Assembly: GCA_020832585.1 (NCBI GenBank)
Contig: JAFIEL010000003.1
Coordinates: forward strand, 12,399 to 76,398
Length of the DNA stretch: 64,000 nucleotides
Direction of reading: 5' to 3'
From: Natronohydrobacter sp.
GTDB lineage: Bacteria > Pseudomonadota > Alphaproteobacteria > Rhodobacterales > Rhodobacteraceae
Shown: positions 8,745-17,196 of the stretch, piece after piece
Position numbering within the stretch: position 1 is the first letter of the stretch
How the letters are laid out: every line of letters begins with the position of its first letter
Program-made: the position numbers and the translations under genes
Notes under the pieces: generated by a model
Databases searched by the model: none
Told to the model about the DNA's origin: nothing
Seen by the model: only the letters and a program-made list of their open reading frames with translations

Positions 8745-9766
8745 CAGAGGCGCTGCCTCGGCTTTGCACCACCAAGCGCGCGCAGACCGCGCAACACTTT
8801 CTCGGGGGTTACTGGCAATTCATCTATCCGCACGCCCACTGCGTCATAGACCGCGTTGACCACAGCAGGCAGCACGGGATTTGCGCACATCTCTCCCGGT
8901 CCCTTGCCACCATAGGGCCCATCTTCGGCGGGACGTTCCAGAACGCTGATGTGATGCGGTGCCAGATCGCCCGGTCCGGGCATGATGTAGCTGTTGAAAT
9001 CCACCGGGCCATGGTCGCGCGCGGGGTAATAGGGTTCAGTGGTTTCCCAGGCAGCATGCGACATCCCCATCCATGCCCCGCCACGCAATTGCTGTTCGAC
9101 CAGACGCGGGTTCAATGCGCGACCCACCTCATAGGCGGATTGCATGTCGGTCACGGTCACTTCGCCTGTTTCGTCACACACCTCGACCGTGACCAGCATG
9201 GCAGCATGGGCAAAGGTGGTGACAGGCGACATCTCGCCAGTGTCGGGGTCCACATCTGACAGCGGAATCAGAAAGATCCCCCGCCCTGCAATCGTACGGC
9301 CCTGCCGGAATTGCGCGGCCTGCGCGGCGGCCATGACCGTGATCGTGCGCGAGGGCGCACCCCTGACATGGATGTTTCCCTTGCCATCGGTCATCAGATC
9401 ACCGGGGTCGACCTCCAGTTCTTCCGCTGCCGCTTCAAGCATCACTTCGCGCGCCTCGGCCGAAGCGCGAATAACCGCATTGCCCATCCGGTGGGTGCCA
9501 CGACTGGCGAAACTGCCCATGTCATGGGGTCCGGTGTCACTGTCAGCGGTGTCGACATAGACATCTTCCACCGGCACACCCAGCGTTTCGGCGGCGATCT
9601 GGCGACATACGCTTTTCATGCCCTGCCCCAGATCAATCGCCGACAACGCCACGGTGAACTTGCCGTCAGGATTGGAATGCACCAGCGCCTGAGACGGATC
9701 GCCACCAAGGTTCATGCCGATGGGATAGTTGATCGCAGCGAAGCCACGTCCGCGATGAATGGCCAT
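8744..9766 (-). CDS. Xanthine dehydrogenase-family molybdopterin-binding subunit, C-terminal half
   Basis: DLGQG, GSFASRG, ALNPRLVEQQLRGG, GKGPGE (catalytic Glu), NAVYDAVGVRIDELPVTPEK; start 9766 overlaps the upstream TGA (TGATG). Confidence 0.9.
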   Translation of the reverse strand: MAIHRGRGFAAINYPIGMNLGGDPSQALVHSNPDGKFTVALSAIDLGQGMKSVCRQIAAETLGVPVEDVYVDTADSDTGPHDMGSFASRGTHRMGNAVIRASAEAREVMLEAAAEELEVDPGDLMTDGKGNIHVRGAPSRTITVMAAAQAAQFRQGRTIAGRGIFLIPLSDVDPDTGEMSPVTTFAHAAMLVTVEVCDETGEVTVTDMQSAYEVGRALNPRLVEQQLRGGAWMGMSHAAWETTEPYYPARDHGPVDFNSYIMPGPGDLAPHHISVLERPAEDGPYGGKGPGEMCANPVLPAVVNAVYDAVGVRIDELPVTPEKVLRGLRALGGAKPRQRL

Positions 9767-11439
9767 CAGCGCCTCCGGAAACCTGAGAGTGACGAAAAAC
9801 GGATCGGCCCGGCGCGCTTGGGCGCTGGCGGTCCGGGTGGGACCGGCGTTGCAGGCGAGTGTTGCGGCGCGGGTGGTGCAGATGCCGAAGCCTGATGCGA
9901 CACATGCTGCGCCATCGGCGGCGCCCCCGGCAGATCCGGTGGTTTTGCACCTTTGCGTGCGTAATTGGTGGCCTTGTAGCCCGAAACCCGCCCATGCTCG
10001 TCTGTTGCCGTGAAGGCGGGCAGATGCGCCCGCGCGCCGCCGCCGCCCACGCGCGAAGAGGCCGCCTGCATTTCCGGCGACAGCTTCACCCCGGCCTTTT
10101 CGGCCACGACCTGACAACATTCGATCAGCGCGCAATTCTTGGCCAGTCGCCGATGCGCCTTCATGTCACCATCGCGGTAGGCATTCAGGATGCGCAACTC
10201 GACAGGGTTCATGCCGATGGTATCGGCGACCTTGTCCATATGCGCCTCGATCGCGAAATCCGCCCCGGTAATGCCAAAGCCACGCATTGCCGTCGCAGGT
10301 GTACGATTGGTATAGACGCAATAGACATCCGCATGGACATTCGGAATCGTATAGGGTCCAGGCAGATGCCCGACGCCCTTGATGATCGCATAGGACGACA
10401 GGCGCGTGTATGCGCCGCTGTCAAAATACCCGGTGAACTTGCGGCCAAGGATGCGCCCGTCATTCATGACCGCATCCTTGAGATACCACCGCTCGGCCCC
10501 GCGCGGTGCGCCGACCTGCATTTCTTCCTCGCGGTCCCAGGCGTATTTGACGGGCCGTCCTGTCAGCATCGTGCCCAGAATGGCCAGTGGTTCATGGATC
10601 GAATCCACCTTGCCGCCGAACCCGCCACCGACAGTCCCGCCAATGAAATGCAGGCGTGACGATGGGGTTGCCAACACCTTGGATGCGGTTCCCAACGAGA
10701 AGAACAGCGCCTGTGTAGAGGTGTAACAGACATAGCGGCCGTTCTGTTCAGGCGCGGCAATCGCGCCACAAGTCTCGATCGGGGCCTGCTCGATAGGGGA
10801 CATCTGATAGCGCCCCTCGATGACATGATCAGCCTCGCGGAACGCGGCCTCGACATCGCCCAGACGCAGTTTCTGATGATCATACTTGCCGTGATAGACG
10901 AACTTGTTGCCGGGGTAGATGTCCAGCACTGTCGGCGCACCCGGCTTGATGGCCTCTTCGACATCCAGCACATGCGGCAGCACTTCCCACTCCACCCGCA
11001 CCGCTGCAACCGCATCCCGCGCCTGCGCTTCGGTCTCGGCGATAATGGCGGCCACCGGCTCTCCCTTGTAGCGCACGCGCTCGGTGGACAGGATCGGCTC
11101 GTCATCAATCCCGAAATCCAGCAGACTTAACAGCGTATTCAGGTTCACCGGTACATCCTGCCCGGTCAGGATGCGCATGACACCGGGCATCCTTTGCGCC
11201 GCGCTGGTATCTATCCGGCGGATGCGCGCGGCGTGATGAGGCGAACGCACACAGCGCAGATGCAACAGACCCTCAAACAGGTGATCGTCGAAAAATGGCG
11301 AGCGTCCGGTCACATGCCCGGTGATATCCTGCCGTCGAGTGGGCTTGCCGATTTCATTGAGATTGTCGTCGCGCTCATCGGCGAAGATATCCTTGCGGAA
11401 TTCCACCATATTGCCGCGGATCATGGGTGTGTCCGTCAT
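9766..11439 (-). CDS. Xanthine dehydrogenase-family molybdopterin-binding subunit, N-terminal half, with Pro/Ala-rich C-terminal tail
   Basis: RSPHHAARI hammerhead domain, RVRYKGEPVA, VGGGFGGK, DSGAY, TAMRGFG, MNPVELRILN. Confidence 0.9.
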   Translation of the reverse strand: MTDTPMIRGNMVEFRKDIFADERDDNLNEIGKPTRRQDITGHVTGRSPFFDDHLFEGLLHLRCVRSPHHAARIRRIDTSAAQRMPGVMRILTGQDVPVNLNTLLSLLDFGIDDEPILSTERVRYKGEPVAAIIAETEAQARDAVAAVRVEWEVLPHVLDVEEAIKPGAPTVLDIYPGNKFVYHGKYDHQKLRLGDVEAAFREADHVIEGRYQMSPIEQAPIETCGAIAAPEQNGRYVCYTSTQALFFSLGTASKVLATPSSRLHFIGGTVGGGFGGKVDSIHEPLAILGTMLTGRPVKYAWDREEEMQVGAPRGAERWYLKDAVMNDGRILGRKFTGYFDSGAYTRLSSYAIIKGVGHLPGPYTIPNVHADVYCVYTNRTPATAMRGFGITGADFAIEAHMDKVADTIGMNPVELRILNAYRDGDMKAHRRLAKNCALIECCQVVAEKAGVKLSPEMQAASSRVGGGGARAHLPAFTATDEHGRVSGYKATNYARKGAKPPDLPGAPPMAQHVSHQASASAPPAPQHSPATPVPPGPPAPKRAGPIRFSSLSGFRRR

Positions 11440-11912
11440 GCCTGCACCCGTCCTTCGGCGACATCCAGAATGGCATCGATGATCGGCTCATAACCAGTGC
11501 ACCGACACAGATTGCCCGAGATCCCTTCGATCACCTCTTCGCGGCTGGGACGCGGGTTTGCATCCAGAAGCGCACGCGCCGCAACCAGCATGCCCGCAGT
11601 GCAATACCCGCATTGTGCGGCGAAGCGTTCCATGAACGCTTCTTGCAGCGGGTCCAGACGGGGGCCATTCGCCAAACCCGCAGCAGTGTTCACGGCCCGC
11701 CCTTCGACCGACTCAGCCAGGACCAGACAGGCAAGCTGGGGCACATTGTCGATCATCACCGTGCAGGCCCCGCAGGTTCCTTGGCCACAGCCGTATTTGG
11801 GGCTGAGATCTCCAACAGCCCGGCGCAGGAAATCCAGCAGGTTCTGCCCCTCGGTGGCGAATGCCGCCTTTGAGCTGCCGTTCAGCGTGAAGGATATCGG
11901 TTTGAAAGTCAT
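11436..11912 (-). CDS. 2x[2Fe-2S] small subunit of molybdenum hydroxylase (CoxS/XdhC-small-like)
   Basis: GCGQGTCGACTV, QCGYCTAG, NLCRCTGY. Confidence 0.92.
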   Translation of the reverse strand: MTFKPISFTLNGSSKAAFATEGQNLLDFLRRAVGDLSPKYGCGQGTCGACTVMIDNVPQLACLVLAESVEGRAVNTAAGLANGPRLDPLQEAFMERFAAQCGYCTAGMLVAARALLDANPRPSREEVIEGISGNLCRCTGYEPIIDAILDVAEGRVQA

Positions 11913-11937
11913 CTGCCTGTTTTCCCCTTTGCCGCAC

Positions 11938-12732
11938 TCATGCCATCTGCTCCAGCAAGCGCCTCAGATGGACACCTGCCACTTCGCGGCGATACCAACT
12001 GGATGCCAACGCATCGGTGGGCGGCTCCAACCCCAGGCAGGCAGCCTGCGCTGCGCGCGCGATCGAGGTCGCGTCCAGCGCCTGTCCTTCCAGCGCGCGT
12101 TCTGCGCCAGCACTGCGCAGCGGATGGGCACCCATGGCCCCAAAGGCGATACGCGCGCCGCGCACTCTACCCCCCTCGCGCACCAGAAGCGCCGCGATCG
12201 AGAGAACCGACACGCCTTTGGGCTTGATGCGGCTGACCTTGAGCCAGCCAAAGGCACGCATATCACGCGGGCGCATCACGTCGATGGCCGCCACCAGCGG
12301 CGGCCTGGCGCGCACACGCATCAGCTCTTCCACAGGGCGCGGACCCCCCTGAACCAGCACCGCGCGCGCGCCAAGTGCGATCAGGGCAACAGTGAAATCA
12401 CCGTAAGGATGCGGCGCGAAAAGATTGCCGCCGACCGTCGCCATGGCCCTGACCTGCGGTCCACCGATGGCGCGGGCGACAGGATGCAGGAAATCCAGAT
12501 CACGGCTGGCCAGGATGTCGGCCATTGTGCTGCCGGCTCCGATGCGCACACCTTCGCTTGTGCTGGCGATGCGGCGCAACTCGGGATCGGTTGCACGCAC
12601 GATCACTCCCTGCACCTCGCCCGCATTGACGCCGCGCATGACAAGTGTTCCGCCAGCCAGATATGTGCCACCTTGCCCCAGCGCCTGTTGCGCGGCGATC
12701 AAGCTGGAATGTGTCTGAACCTGCACCGCCAT
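11938..12732 (-). CDS. FAD-binding medium subunit of molybdenum hydroxylase (CoxM-like)
   Basis: LAGGT, IGGPQVRAMATVGGNL, DALASSWYR; start moved to 12732. Confidence 0.88.
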   Translation of the reverse strand: MAVQVQTHSSLIAAQQALGQGGTYLAGGTLVMRGVNAGEVQGVIVRATDPELRRIASTSEGVRIGAGSTMADILASRDLDFLHPVARAIGGPQVRAMATVGGNLFAPHPYGDFTVALIALGARAVLVQGGPRPVEELMRVRARPPLVAAIDVMRPRDMRAFGWLKVSRIKPKGVSVLSIAALLVREGGRVRGARIAFGAMGAHPLRSAGAERALEGQALDATSIARAAQAACLGLEPPTDALASSWYRREVAGVHLRRLLEQMA

Positions 12733-12733
12733 A

Positions 12734-13177
12734 TCAGCTCCCCACCCCCATATGCGCGCGGATCGCATCGAACCCGCCCTGATAGACATTCGTGGCCACC
12801 ATGTCGTGCAACTCTTTCTCGCGGCCCGGAGGCGCGTCAAACCGACTTTCCCAATGCCAGAAACTGCGGTCCCCGTCGGTCACTGGCGCCAGCCGCACAT
12901 GCGCAACATAGTTCAACAAGGGCACCGGCGTATCGAGCAGGCAATAGCTGAAGGCCATGTCGGCATCCGACAGCGTCAGCAGCAACTCGCGCAGGTTCGA
13001 CCCATCCTGCAAATGGAAGTTGCGCACGCAACCAACCTTGTCTGATGGCAGGCGGCGTTCCACATGGCTGTCGCGCACGATCGGATGCCAGACGTCATGC
13101 CCGTTGAAATCGCGCAGAACTTGCCAGACCTGTTCGACAGGGGCGTCAATTATCGTGGATGTCACCACCTTGACCAT
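12734..13177 (-). CDS. SRPBCC/START-fold protein (Polyketide_cyc2/MxaD-like), paralog 2
   Basis: IDAPVEQVWQVLRDFNG..WHP, VGCVRNF, LRELL, FWHWESRF. Confidence 0.85.
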   Translation of the reverse strand: MVKVVTSTIIDAPVEQVWQVLRDFNGHDVWHPIVRDSHVERRLPSDKVGCVRNFHLQDGSNLRELLLTLSDADMAFSYCLLDTPVPLLNYVAHVRLAPVTDGDRSFWHWESRFDAPPGREKELHDMVATNVYQGGFDAIRAHMGVGS

Positions 13178-13615
13178 TCACGCCCCCATCTGGCGCTTGA
13201 GGGCATTGAACCCCGCCAGAAACACATTGGTTCCGATCCCTTCGACCAACCCATCCTCGTCGGCTGGATCACACTCGAACTCTGCGGTCCATTCAGCAAA
13301 GGTCCGGTCGCCATCAGTCACCGGCGTCAGGCGCAATGTGGCGATGTAATCGGTCAATGGCATGGGGGATTCAAGTATCGCATAGGTGCAGAAGTAGTCG
13401 TAATCCGACAGCCCAAGCAATTTCTCGCGAATACGGTCCCCGTTCTGCAGGTTGAAATCGCGCACACAGCCGACACGGTCCGCAGGCTCGCCATTCTCGA
13501 TCCGCGAATCGCGGATACGCGGGTGCCAGCGGGGCAGGCCATTGAAGTCGCGCACCTTTTCCCAGACCTTGGTGGCTGGCGCATCAATGACGGAACTGAC
13601 ATAGACACGGGCCAT
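13178..13615 (-). CDS. SRPBCC/START-fold protein (Polyketide_cyc2/MxaD-like), paralog 1
   Basis: IDAPATKVWEKVRDFNG..WHP, VGCVRDF, IREKL, FAEWTAEF. Confidence 0.85.
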   Translation of the reverse strand: MARVYVSSVIDAPATKVWEKVRDFNGLPRWHPRIRDSRIENGEPADRVGCVRDFNLQNGDRIREKLLGLSDYDYFCTYAILESPMPLTDYIATLRLTPVTDGDRTFAEWTAEFECDPADEDGLVEGIGTNVFLAGFNALKRQMGA

Positions 13616-16351
13616 TTACGTCTTCTCCCCATCGGACTTGCCGGCCTTCTTCGCAGCATCGGCAACGCGCTGCAGGTCGCTGGCTTCGCGCATCAGACCA
13701 CCCTGCTTGGCCAGAGTGCCCCCTTCGATCCCGATATCCGATAACAGGCTGTCAATCAGCGGGGCCTGCACGCGGTAGCGCAAGGCAGAGTTGATCACCT
13801 CATCGGTCGGGCTGCCTTCGCGCCCGCCTGTCCCGCCCATGCCACCATCAAGCTGCATGATGCGAATATCCTGTATCTTTTCCAAGGGCTTGACACTGGC
13901 CGCAACGATCCCTTCGACATGTTCGAGCATCTTGCGCTTGAACAGCGAATGGCGCGCCTCGTCGGTCAGGATATTTTCGGCCTCGTTGATCAGGCGTTGC
14001 GCCTCTGCCTCGACCGTACTGCGCAGCTTCGCGGCTTCGGCCAAATGACGCGCTTCAGCAGCCGCTTTTTCGGCCATCAGGACATCGACCGACTTCTTGC
14101 GCTCTGCGGCCTCCGTCTCCTTCACGGTCTGGATTTTCTCTTCAGCTTCGACAGCACGCGCGGACCCGACGGCGGCTTCTGCACGCGCGGCGGATTCCTC
14201 CAGCGATTTCTGCGACAGAAGAATGGCTTTCTCCATCATCGCTGTCTCGACATCACGCTCGCGGGCAACCTCAAGCTGGCGCCGGACTTTCTCATGATCG
14301 ATGCGGATTTCATCAAGCGCGCGCTCGGACGCGATACGCGAACGCTCGACATCTTCGCGACTTTCGATCTCGGCCTCTCGCAAGGCTTGCACGCGCGCGA
14401 TTTCCAACTGTTCGATGGCGCGACGCCGCTCCAGTCGTGCACCTTCCAGCGCCTGTTCACGCGCGACATCGGCGGTTTCGACGTCTCTTTGCGCTGCAAT
14501 CTGGGCCTGCTTGACACTACCCTCGGCGGCGACGGCCTTTGCACGTTCGCTTGCCAAGACCACGATACGCGCCTGCTCGGCCGCCTCGATTTCGCGCTCG
14601 CGGACGATCTCGCGCTCGCGTGTGGCCTGCGCGGCGCTGATACGCTTGGCGTCCAGCTCCAGCTTCTGCGCAATGCGCGCCGCCTCGACCGCTTCATCGG
14701 CGGCAACGCGGGCCTCGTCGATGGCCTTGTTGCGTGCGATTTCGCGCTCGCGGGTTTCTGCATCGGCGCTGATCCGCTCGACCGCCAGAGATTTCTCGCG
14801 GGCAATGCGCGCCGCCTCTATCGCCTGACCTGCGGCGATCTCGGTCGCCTCCACCGCTTTCTGACGTTCGATCTCCATTTCGCGAATCCGCCGGTCTTCG
14901 GCGATCCGGACCTCGCTGATCTGCGACGACTGCATGATGCGCGCGCGCTCGACAACTTCATGGGCAGCAACTTCGGCCTCATCCAGAGCCTGCTGGCGTG
15001 CGATTTCCTGCATGCGAATTTTCTCTTCGCCGGTCAGGCGGGTCTGATTGAGAAGCAGCGTCTCGGCCATCTTGCGTTTCTCGGTCTCTTCATGCGCGGC
15101 AATCTCGGCCTGCTGGATCGCACGCTGACGCTCGATCTCGGCGGCCTGCGTTTCACGATCCTTGGCAATGCGCGCCTCGATCAGGGCTTTCTCCTGTGCA
15201 ATCCGCGCGCGCTCGGTCTGTTCATGCGCCGCAATCTCTGCAGCCTCAAGTGCTCGGCGTTTGTCGATCTCGCGCGCCTCGGTTTCGCGCTCATTGTCAA
15301 TGCGCGCCTCGCGGATGACACGTTCCTGAAGGATGCGCGCTTTCTGGATAGTTTCCTGTGCCGCGATTTCTTCGGCCTCATCGGCTTGGGCACGGGCAAT
15401 TTCGCGCGACCGGATGTCGCGCTCGGATGCAATGCGCTCTTCTGCGATTGACCTCTCATTCAGGATGCGGGACTTTTCAATGGCCTCGCGCGAGACGATC
15501 AGCGCGGTCTCGGCCTCGGTATCGCGCTGCGAACGCTCGCGGGCCAGCTCTGCGCGCTGCTGAGCGCGGCGAAACTCGATCTCGCGTTCCTGCTCCAGCC
15601 GTGCGGATTCCGACTCGCGCTCGATGTCCAGAACCTGCTTTTCGGTTTCCAGATTGCGCGTGCGGATCAGGACCGTCGTTTCCTGCTCGATATCATTGCG
15701 CAGTTTGCGTCGCGCCTCTATTTCCTTGATCAGCGTCGTCATGCCCTCGGCATCAAACCGGTTCGACGGGTTGAAATACTCCAGGCTGGTCTGGTCGATA
15801 TCCAGGATCGCTACTGATTCAAGCTCCAGACCATTCTTTTCCAGATCCGCCTGCGCCAATGCCTGCACGCGTTCGACATAGGCCGCACGGTTCTCATGCA
15901 TGCCCCCCATTTCCATTTCTGCAGACACAGCGCGCAACGCACTTTCGAACTTGCCTGACAGAAGGGCATGCAGTTGTTCCGGCTCCAGCGTCCGCCGACC
16001 CAGCGTCGAGGCCGCCATCGCGACAGCGCGGCTCTCAGGGCGCACGCGGACGTAGAATTCCGCATCGACATCCACGCGCATCCGGTCCTTGGTAATCAAC
16101 GCATCGCTGCGACCCCGGCTGATCCGCAAGGGCAGCACATTCATGTTGACAGGGGTAATGTCATGGATGATTGGCCAGACGAATGCGCCGCCATCGATCA
16201 CCACCTTCTCGCCCATGAATCCGGTGCGCACGAAGGCGACTTCCTTGGTGGAACGGCGGTAAAGCCATTGCATGACCCAATAGATGATGGCGATGACGAC
16301 GACCGCCACGATCAGCCACATGATCAGTTGTCCAATGAGTTGCCCGGTCAT
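13616..16351 (-). CDS. Flotillin/SPFH (band 7, YqiK-like) membrane protein with greatly extended coiled coil, 911 aa
   Basis: N-terminal TM helix, AFVRTG..GEKVVIDGGA, ALITKDRMRVDVDAEFYVRV, DLEKNGLELESV, FNPSNRFDAEG; C-terminal flotillin domain SVKPLEKI..IRI, SALRYRVQAPLIDSLL. RBS GGGAGG before ATG 16351. Confidence 0.88.
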   Translation of the reverse strand: MTGQLIGQLIMWLIVAVVVIAIIYWVMQWLYRRSTKEVAFVRTGFMGEKVVIDGGAFVWPIIHDITPVNMNVLPLRISRGRSDALITKDRMRVDVDAEFYVRVRPESRAVAMAASTLGRRTLEPEQLHALLSGKFESALRAVSAEMEMGGMHENRAAYVERVQALAQADLEKNGLELESVAILDIDQTSLEYFNPSNRFDAEGMTTLIKEIEARRKLRNDIEQETTVLIRTRNLETEKQVLDIERESESARLEQEREIEFRRAQQRAELARERSQRDTEAETALIVSREAIEKSRILNERSIAEERIASERDIRSREIARAQADEAEEIAAQETIQKARILQERVIREARIDNERETEAREIDKRRALEAAEIAAHEQTERARIAQEKALIEARIAKDRETQAAEIERQRAIQQAEIAAHEETEKRKMAETLLLNQTRLTGEEKIRMQEIARQQALDEAEVAAHEVVERARIMQSSQISEVRIAEDRRIREMEIERQKAVEATEIAAGQAIEAARIAREKSLAVERISADAETREREIARNKAIDEARVAADEAVEAARIAQKLELDAKRISAAQATREREIVREREIEAAEQARIVVLASERAKAVAAEGSVKQAQIAAQRDVETADVAREQALEGARLERRRAIEQLEIARVQALREAEIESREDVERSRIASERALDEIRIDHEKVRRQLEVARERDVETAMMEKAILLSQKSLEESAARAEAAVGSARAVEAEEKIQTVKETEAAERKKSVDVLMAEKAAAEARHLAEAAKLRSTVEAEAQRLINEAENILTDEARHSLFKRKMLEHVEGIVAASVKPLEKIQDIRIMQLDGGMGGTGGREGSPTDEVINSALRYRVQAPLIDSLLSDIGIEGGTLAKQGGLMREASDLQRVADAAKKAGKSDGEKT
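14231..15493 (-). repeat. Protein-level 11-residue (hendecad) repeats organised as 44-residue super-repeats within the flotillin
   Basis: E.g. AQETIQKARIL QERVIREARID NERETEAREID KRRALEAAEIA / AHEQTERARIA QEKALIEARIA KDRETQAAEIE RQRAIQQAEIA; 28 consecutive units, a 25-aa break, then 8 more. Confidence 0.85.
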
Positions 16352-16368
16352 TGTCGGTCCCTCCCCCT

Positions 16369-17196
16369 TTACTTGCCCATGATGCGCTTGAAAGCGCGGG
16401 TCTGTTCCGTCAACGCCACTTCGGTCGGCAGGCGTTCCATCGAGGACGCACCATAGAACCCGTGGCATATCTCAGTATTCTTCAGAACGTATTCAGCATC
16501 TTCCGGCATGGCGACCGGGCCGCCATGCACCAGAATGATCGCGTCCCTGTTGACCTGCAGCGCCGCTTCGGCCCAGCGATCCACGATCTCGGGACAGTCG
16601 GCCAAACGCAGCGCTGTCTCGGCCCCGATCGCCCCGCCAGTGGTCAGACCAAGATGGCACACGATGATATCTGCACCGGCCGCCGCCATGTCACGCGCGC
16701 TGCCTTCGTCAAAGACATAGGGCGTGGTCAGCATATCGCGGGCACGGGCCTTGGCGATCATGTCGACTTCCAGCCCATAGCCCATGCCGGTTTCCTCGAG
16801 ATTGGCGCGAAAGGTGCCATCGATCAGTCCGACTGTCGGGAAATTCTGAACGCCCGCGAAGCCGATGCGCTTCAGGTCATCCAGAAACACATCCATCAGC
16901 CGGAACGGATCAGTCGCACAGACCCCCGCCAGAACGGGCGTGTGCCTTACGACCGGCAGCACCTCGGCGGCCATTTCGACCACGATTGCATTGGCATCAC
17001 CATAAGGCATCAGCCCCGCCAGAGATCCGCGCCCGGCCATGCGATACCGACCCGAATTGTAGATCACGATCAGGTCGATCCCGCCCGCCTCTTCGCATTT
17101 GGCTGACAAGCCCGTGCCTGCCCCACCGCCGATGATCGGTTGACCGCGGGCGATCATATCGCGGAATTTCTGCAGTATGGTTGCGCGCTGTGTCAT
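16369..17196 (-). CDS. TIM-barrel protein, PF09370 (PEP hydrolase-like / TIM-barrel signal transduction) family
   Basis: [68 protein letters not shown]. Confidence 0.88.
   Translation of the reverse strand: MTQRATILQKFRDMIARGQPIIGGGAGTGLSAKCEEAGGIDLIVIYNSGRYRMAGRGSLAGLMPYGDANAIVVEMAAEVLPVVRHTPVLAGVCATDPFRLMDVFLDDLKRIGFAGVQNFPTVGLIDGTFRANLEETGMGYGLEVDMIAKARARDMLTTPYVFDEGSARDMAAAGADIIVCHLGLTTGGAIGAETALRLADCPEIVDRWAEAALQVNRDAIILVHGGPVAMPEDAEYVLKNTEICHGFYGASSMERLPTEVALTEQTRAFKRIMGK

Noticed and set aside
8744-11439. Frameshifted pseudogene of one Mo large subunit
   Set aside because: Clean TGATG coupling, both halves keep their motifs, and split large subunits are known; kept as two genes, though not checked against reads.
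6778-12732. Aerobic CO dehydrogenase (coxMSL-DE)
   Set aside because: Gene order is similar, but neither AYxCSFR (form I) nor AYxGAGR (form II) is present; the loop is TAMRGFG and the large subunit is split.
13919-15451. 510-aa plus-strand ORF with apparent repeats
   Set aside because: Antisense shadow of the flotillin repeat region; no independent motifs or RBS.
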